The notes under the pieces are model-generated. The model made no database searches. It was given only the letters and a program-made list of their open reading frames with translations, and had not been told where the DNA came from. Of a stretch of DNA of 64,000 nucleotides, positions 58,936 to 64,000 are shown one piece after another (position 1 is the stretch's first letter; every line of letters begins with the position of its first letter). A program made the translations under genes and the position numbers. Source of the stretch: an uncultured Actinomycetes bacterium (GTDB lineage: Bacteria > Actinomycetota > UBA4738 > HRBIN12); assembly GCA_963704885.1 (NCBI GenBank), contig CAVPIB010000001.1:128001-192000 (forward strand). Direction: 5' to 3'.

Positions 58936-59916
58936 GTGCGAATCTACCGCCTCGGCGACCGGGGTCCCGAGATCCGCGACATCCAACAGCGCCTGGTGGC
59001 GTTCGGTGGACGCGTGGATCAACCCGAACTCGACGGCACGTTCGGACCCTCAACGGAGGCTGCCGTCCGAGCCTTCCAGGCCGAACGCAGCCTTAAGGTC
59101 GACGGGCTGGTGGGTCTGGACACCTGGGGTCAGCTCGTCGAGGCTGGCTACCGGTTGGGTGATCGGACCCTCTACCTGCGTTCTCCGCAGCACCGCGGCG
59201 ACGATGTGCGGGCCCTTCAGCGCAAGCTGAACATCTTGGGCTTCGACGCCGGCAAGGAAGACGGCCTCTTCGGTCCGCGCACCGACCGAGCTCTCCGCGA
59301 GTTCCAGCAGAACGTGGGAGAGGAGCCCGACGGGATCGCCGGGATCGAAGCGCTCGCCACGCTCGAACGCATGCGTCCCTCAGGATCGGGCCCCGGCCGC
59401 GCGATGGTCAGGGAGGAAGAATCCGTTCGGACGATGCGCTCCTCGATCGAGGGGCAGATCGTGGCGATCGATCCCGAGGGGCGGTCGGATGAGGCCCGGC
59501 TGGCTAGCTACGCTGTTGCTTCTGCGCTCGCCGACAGGCTGGTGGCGATGGGAGCCAAGCCGGCGCTCCTTCGCGGTCCCGACGACGATCCGTCCGTATC
59601 GGACCGGGCTCGCTCCGCGAACGAGATGGGTGCTTCGGTATGCGTTTCGCTACAGATACCGATCGCTGGCGCCGAGACGGCGTCGACCTGCATCTACTTC
59701 GGGAACACGACCACCTACTCGCCTGCCGGTAAGCGCCTCGCCGAGCTCGCGGCCGAGGAGTTGGAGCGGGTGCTCGCATGTCCCATCGGCGTAGAACGGC
59801 TCACCGGCGCCATCCTGCGTGAGACTCGCATGCCCGCGGTACAGATCGACACGTCGCAGGCCGACCGGATCGGCCCGGCGATCGCCGCCGCCCTGAGCCG
59901 CTTCTTCGCAGGATAA
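58936..59916 (+). CDS. cwlM: CwlM-like protein: two peptidoglycan-binding domains + degenerate Amidase_3
   Basis: VRAFQ..RSLKVDGLVG, GYRLGDRTLY, GDDVRALQ, LRETRMPAV; zinc ligands missing. Confidence 0.85.
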   Translation: MRIYRLGDRGPEIRDIQQRLVAFGGRVDQPELDGTFGPSTEAAVRAFQAERSLKVDGLVGLDTWGQLVEAGYRLGDRTLYLRSPQHRGDDVRALQRKLNILGFDAGKEDGLFGPRTDRALREFQQNVGEEPDGIAGIEALATLERMRPSGSGPGRAMVREEESVRTMRSSIEGQIVAIDPEGRSDEARLASYAVASALADRLVAMGAKPALLRGPDDDPSVSDRARSANEMGASVCVSLQIPIAGAETASTCIYFGNTTTYSPAGKRLAELAAEELERVLACPIGVERLTGAILRETRMPAVQIDTSQADRIGPAIAAALSRFFAG

Positions 59917-59923
59917 CCGCTGG

Positions 59924-60040
59924 TCAGGGCCGTTTCCGGAGGCGGCCGGCAAGGGTCAGCACCAGTCCGAGGATCGCGCCCATCGCGACGGCTCTGATCG
60001 CCCGTTCCTGTTCGCTGGGCGGTATGGGTTCGGCTGACAC
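59924..60040 (-). CDS. 38-aa single-TM small protein MSAEPIPPSEQERAIRAVAMGAILGLVLTLAGRLRKRP
   Basis: Fills the intergenic gap; CATAGT -10 six nt before GTG; TM segment plus basic tail. Confidence 0.6.
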   Translation of the reverse strand: MSAEPIPPSEQERAIRAVAMGAILGLVLTLAGRLRKRP

Positions 60041-60061
60041 GGTCCGACTATGCTACGCGCC

Positions 60062-61018
60062 GTGCGCTTCTGCCTGATGATCGAGGGCCAGGAGGGCGTC
60101 ACCTGGGACGACTGGCTCGCGCTCGCGCAGACCGCAGAGCGACTGGGGTTCGAGGCGCTCTTCCGCTCCGACCACTACTTCAGTGGGCAGGGCGTGACCG
60201 GCCTCGGCTCGACCGACGCCTGGACCCTTTTGGGCGCCCTGGCGGCGCGAACCGAACGTCTGCGCCTGGGAACACTCGTGTCGCCGGTCACGTTCCGCTC
60301 GCCGGCGGTCCTGGCCAGGTCGGCCGCCACGGTGGATCAGGTCTCCGGGGGTCGCGCCGAGATCGGCATGGGCGCCGGCTGGTGGACCGAGGAACACAGC
60401 CAGTTCGGGTTCCCGTTCCCGCCAACACCCGAGCGGTTCGCGATGCTCGAGGAGCAGTTGGAGGTGGTGGACGGGTTGCTCACGCAGCAGCCGTTCTCAT
60501 TCGAAGGAGCGCATTACGAGCTGGAAGGGGCGGAGCTCCTGCCGCGAACCCTGCAGCGGCCCCGGCCGCCGATCATCCTTGGGGGCACCCGAGTGGGCGC
60601 GTGGATGCAACGGTTGGTGGGGCGCTGGGCCGATGAGTTCAACACGGTCGGGGGCACTCCCATCGAGGTCCGCGAACGCTTCCAACGCGCACGCACCGGT
60701 GTCGAAGCAGCCGGGCGCGAACAGGAGACCCTCGTGACCTCGTTGATGACCTGGTGCTTCGTTGGCGACACCCAAGATGACTACCTCGCGCGGCTGCGGC
60801 GGGCGCACGGATCGGATCCCACGGCCGGAGCGTTCGACGCGTACCGTGCCGACGTGGAGAGCGACTGCATCGTGGGGACTCCCGAGCGCGCCGCCGAGCG
60901 GCTGTCGGAGTACGCGGCAGCAGGGGTCCAGCGCATCATGCTCAACCACGGGCTCTTCGACGACCTGGAAATGCTCGCACTCCTTGCCACGCAGGTCTTC
61001 CCGAACGTCCAGGGATGA
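60062..61018 (+). CDS. LLM class F420-dependent oxidoreductase
   Basis: IEGQEG, FRSDHY, DAWTLL, LGTLVSPVTFR, GMGAGW. Confidence 0.9.
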   Translation: MRFCLMIEGQEGVTWDDWLALAQTAERLGFEALFRSDHYFSGQGVTGLGSTDAWTLLGALAARTERLRLGTLVSPVTFRSPAVLARSAATVDQVSGGRAEIGMGAGWWTEEHSQFGFPFPPTPERFAMLEEQLEVVDGLLTQQPFSFEGAHYELEGAELLPRTLQRPRPPIILGGTRVGAWMQRLVGRWADEFNTVGGTPIEVRERFQRARTGVEAAGREQETLVTSLMTWCFVGDTQDDYLARLRRAHGSDPTAGAFDAYRADVESDCIVGTPERAAERLSEYAAAGVQRIMLNHGLFDDLEMLALLATQVFPNVQG

Positions 61019-61134
61019 GCCGACCTTCATAGCGGACCTCCGAACCTTCTGAGCCAAGCCACCTCTCGGACCCCGAGCAGGCGCGATGCTACGCTTGGTG
61101 TTCGCTCGCACGTCTCATCACGAGCGCCTCCACC

Positions 61135-62361
61135 ATGGCCGAGTTCTCAATCGATCGTTTCGTCGAACTCTACGCGGGTCGGACCGCAGGGATGTCCGCA
61201 TCCGAGGTGCGAGCCCTCTTCGCGGTTGCGTCTCGGCCCGAGGTGGTGTCGTTCGCAGGCGGCATGCCATATGTCGAGGCGCTTCCTTCGCGAGACATCT
61301 TGACCGTGGTCGCGGAGGCTCTCGAGATACACGGCGCCGCGGCGCTCCAGTACTCGGGCGGTCAGGGCCACGTAGCGCTTCGCGAACGCCTCATCCCGGT
61401 GATGGCCGATGAAGGCATCCGGGCCGATCCCGACGACCTGGTTATCACGACCGGCGCCCAGCAAGCACTCGACATGCTGGGCAAGATCTTCATCGATCCC
61501 GGAGATCTGATCGCGGTCGAGGCGCCGGCCTACGTTGGCGCTCTGACGGCGTTCGGCGCCTACGAGCCCCGCTACCTGCAGATCGACCTGGACGACGAAG
61601 GCATGATCGTGGACCGGCTCCAAGAGGCGCTCGTTCGCGGCGAGCGACCGAAGTTCGTCTATACCGTGCCGAACTTCAGCAATCCAGCCGGTGTCACCAT
61701 GTCGCTCTCGCGTCGCGAGCAGCTGGTCGCGCTCTGCCGCGAGGCAGGCATCCCGATCATCGAGGACAACCCGTACGGGCTGCTGCGTTTCGAGGGCGAT
61801 GCTCTCCCAAGCCTGCGGTCGATGGACCCGGAGAACGTCATCTACCTCGGCACCGTGTCGAAGACGTTCTCCCCGGGGGTTCGCGTGGGATGGGCGCTTG
61901 CCGAGCAGAGCGTGATCCAGCGTCTGGTCCTCGCGAAGGAGGCGGCGGATCTGTGCGGCTCCTCGTTCACCATGCTCATGACCGAGCGCTACTTCGCAGG
62001 CGACAGATGGCGGAAGAACCTGACGGCGTTCGTCGACCTGTATCGGTCGCGGCGCGACACGATGCTCGAGTCGCTGCTCGAGCATTTCCCGGCCGACACC
62101 ACGTGGACCCGACCCGCCGGCGGCTTCTACGTGTGGGTCACGCTGCCCGGATGGGTTGACGCGCAAGCGATGTTGGCCGCCGCGGTCGAACGGAGGGTCG
62201 CCTACGTCCCGGGGACGGCCTTCTATCCGGACGGGCGCGGTCGCAACCAGATGCGGCTCGCGTTCTGCCATCCGACCGAGGACCGGATCCGAGACGGGAT
62301 CGGCCGGCTGGGCACGCTGCTCGAAGACGAAGAGCAGCTCTACCGATCGCTTCGACCATGA
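61135..62361 (+). CDS. PLP-dependent class I/II aminotransferase (LysN-like)
   Basis: SFAGGMP, TTGAQQALD, PNFSNPAG, EDNPY, SKTFSPGVRVGW. Confidence 0.93.
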   Translation: MAEFSIDRFVELYAGRTAGMSASEVRALFAVASRPEVVSFAGGMPYVEALPSRDILTVVAEALEIHGAAALQYSGGQGHVALRERLIPVMADEGIRADPDDLVITTGAQQALDMLGKIFIDPGDLIAVEAPAYVGALTAFGAYEPRYLQIDLDDEGMIVDRLQEALVRGERPKFVYTVPNFSNPAGVTMSLSRREQLVALCREAGIPIIEDNPYGLLRFEGDALPSLRSMDPENVIYLGTVSKTFSPGVRVGWALAEQSVIQRLVLAKEAADLCGSSFTMLMTERYFAGDRWRKNLTAFVDLYRSRRDTMLESLLEHFPADTTWTRPAGGFYVWVTLPGWVDAQAMLAAAVERRVAYVPGTAFYPDGRGRNQMRLAFCHPTEDRIRDGIGRLGTLLEDEEQLYRSLRP

Positions 62362-63305
62362 AAGTCGCGGTCATCGCCGGCGGCCGAACGCCCGAGCGAG
62401 ACGTGTCACTGCGATCCGGACATCGCGTGACGAACGCGCTCGCCGAGCGGGGTCACGACTCCTTCCTGCTGGACCCGGGCGAGCTGCCGTTGGTCGAAGC
62501 GCTACAGGAGCGAACCCCAGACATCTGCTACCTGACGCTGCACGGTAAGGAGGGCGAGGATGGCACCGTCCAGCGACTGCTGGATCTGGTTGGGCTCCCT
62601 TACACCGGTACCGAGGCGTACGACTGTGAGGTGGCTTTCGACAAGGTGCTCGCGAAGGACGCGCTCACCCGGGCCGGCGTCCGCACTCCTGATTGGGTCG
62701 TGGTGGAGGGCTGGGCGCTCCGGGATCTGGGCGCCGGCGCCGCCCTCGGCAAGGCGGTGGAGCGAGTCGGTCTGCCCTGCGTGGTGAAGCCGTCCCGCTC
62801 TGGTTCGGCGCTGGGAGTTGGGTTCGTGGAACGCGAGGCCGACCTCCCCGCCGCGGTCATGGCCGCGCTATCGTTCGCGGGAGCTGCCATCGTTGAAGCC
62901 AAGATCGAGGGTTCCGAGCTGGCTGCGGGGATCGTCGGAACGCCGGCGGAGGCGCTGCCGTTGGTCGAGATCGTGCCCAAGAACGGCGTGTACGACTACG
63001 CAGCGCGCTACACGGCGGGGGCTACCGAGTACTTCGCGCCCGCACGGGTGTCGGCCGAGATCGCCGCGGCGTGTATCCACGAGGCGATGCTCGCCGTGGA
63101 CGGCCTGCGATCGCGCGACGTTACCCGGGTCGACCTGATCGTGGACACGAACGGCGCACCCTGGGTGCTGGAGATGAACGTCTCGCCCGGGATGACCGAG
63201 ACGAGCCTGTTGCCGATGGCCGCGCAGGCCGCCGGTTGGTCCCTTGAGGAACTGTGCGAGCGCGTGCTGCGATCGGCGAGCGCGCGATCGCCCCGCTCCT
63301 CCTGA
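62358..63305 (+). CDS. ddl: D-alanine--D-alanine ligase family protein
   Basis: ERDVSLRSG, LHGKEGEDG, VKP.RSGSALG, YDYAARY, EMNVSPGMT. Confidence 0.9.
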   Translation: MKVAVIAGGRTPERDVSLRSGHRVTNALAERGHDSFLLDPGELPLVEALQERTPDICYLTLHGKEGEDGTVQRLLDLVGLPYTGTEAYDCEVAFDKVLAKDALTRAGVRTPDWVVVEGWALRDLGAGAALGKAVERVGLPCVVKPSRSGSALGVGFVEREADLPAAVMAALSFAGAAIVEAKIEGSELAAGIVGTPAEALPLVEIVPKNGVYDYAARYTAGATEYFAPARVSAEIAAACIHEAMLAVDGLRSRDVTRVDLIVDTNGAPWVLEMNVSPGMTETSLLPMAAQAAGWSLEELCERVLRSASARSPRSS

Positions 63306-63314
63306 CCTGCACGT

Positions 63315-63343
63315 TCATACTAGTCTGAGGCAGACTAGTATGA
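63315..63343. repeat. Perfect 13-bp-arm palindrome, core ACTAGTCTG-N3-CAGACTAGT (copy 2)
   Basis: TCATACTAGTCTG-AGG-CAGACTAGTATGA at the convergent ddl / parB junction. Confidence 0.8.
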
Positions 63344-63344
63344 G

Positions 63345-64000
63345 TCAGTCGGGGGCAAGGCCTGGACCAGAGCCGATGATCTCGGAGACGATGCGCTCCA
63401 GATCGTCCGCCGAGCCGAACTCGATCACCACTCGACCTCGCTTCTTCCCCATCTGGATCTGCACCCGGGTCGCGAGCTGCTCCGAGAGGATCTCCTCCAC
63501 CTCGGACAGCGTCGTGTCGCTCGGGGGCTGGTCACCGGCCTTCGGAGCCGACGCCGGCTTCTCGGCCGGTGCTTCGATGTAGCGTCTGACCAGATCCTCG
63601 ACCTCCCGTACGGACAGATCTTCGGCAACGGTCCGCAAGGCGAGCGTCGTTTGGGCCTCGCCGTCGCCGAGTGAGAGCAGCGAACGAGCGTGGCCCGCCT
63701 GGAGCTTCCCGTCGGTGAGCAGCTGCTGGACGTCTATCGGGAGCTGTAGGAGGCGGATCGTGTTCGCGATGTGAGATCGAGAGACGCCGACCCGTTCGGC
63801 CAGTTCCTCCTGCTTCAGACCCAGCTCTTCCAGGAGTTGGCGGAACGCCTCGGCCAGCTCGATCGGGCCCAGATCCTCGCGGTGGATGTTCTCGATGAGG
63901 GCTTCGCGGAGGGTGTCGGCATCGTCCGTGTCGCGCACCACGACGGGCACGGTGGCCAATCCAGCCACACGGGCTGCCCGGAGTCGCCGCTCCCCTGCGA
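63345..64000 (-). CDS. parB: ParB/Spo0J chromosome partitioning protein (5' end outside window)
   Basis: AGERRLRAA, ALIENIHREDL, HTH SRSHIANTIRLL, GHARSLL, LSVREVE. Confidence 0.95.
   Translation of the reverse strand, partial: AGERRLRAARVAGLATVPVVVRDTDDADTLREALIENIHREDLGPIELAEAFRQLLEELGLKQEELAERVGVSRSHIANTIRLLQLPIDVQQLLTDGKLQAGHARSLLSLGDGEAQTTLALRTVAEDLSVREVEDLVRRYIEAPAEKPASAPKAGDQPPSDTTLSEVEEILSEQLATRVQIQMGKKRGRVVIEFGSADDLERIVSEIIGSGPGLAPD

Noticed and set aside
58543-59916. WCVPC thioredoxin motif and amidase lacking zinc ligands
   Set aside because: Minor active-site variant; loss of amidase ligands is already established for CwlM.
48500-64000. parS sites or DnaA boxes expected near parB
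   Set aside because: I did not spot GTTTCACGTGAAAC-like or clustered TT(A/G)TCCACA motifs by eye; a motif scan would be needed to exclude them.
1-64000. Many long overlapping or antisense ORFs in the track
   Set aside because: Arg/Pro/Ala-rich shadow frames typical of high-GC DNA, with no recognisable motifs.

Overview
High-GC actinobacterial chromosome segment, probably from an uncultured deep-branching lineage (inference). It ends in the conserved origin-proximal block (padR-ino1 ... cca, NUDIX, DUF6049, murJ, sigM/anti-sigma, trxB-trxA, cwlM, aminotransferase, ddl, parB). I saw no rRNA, tRNA, CRISPR array or intact transposase. Housekeeping content includes a cobalamin riboswitch with a Btu-type ABC importer, Ni-SOD (sodN/sodX), YitJ, ClpP, YchF, LepB, PilT and a P-type ATPase. 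The most interesting items are (1) a 32-aa secreted propeptide facing an XRE-HTH/TPR regulator, a candidate RRNPP-like peptide-signalling pair outside Bacillota, followed by a catalytically dead permuted NlpC/P60 protein; (2) a 23-aa Cys-Cys leader peptide ahead of tusA-dsrE, a candidate cysteine-responsive attenuator; (3) a Sec-exported RHS polymorphic toxin with a coupled immunity gene; (4) an inserted lipoprotein plus Tlde1/L,D-transpeptidase-fold cassette; (5) a 21-bp palindrome present twice at convergent gene junctions. Three patches (about 14.5-14.7 kb, 18.27-18.36 kb and 41.5-43.5 kb) carry clustered single-base indels that look like sequencing or assembly error. All family assignments come from motif recognition by eye; no database search was run.
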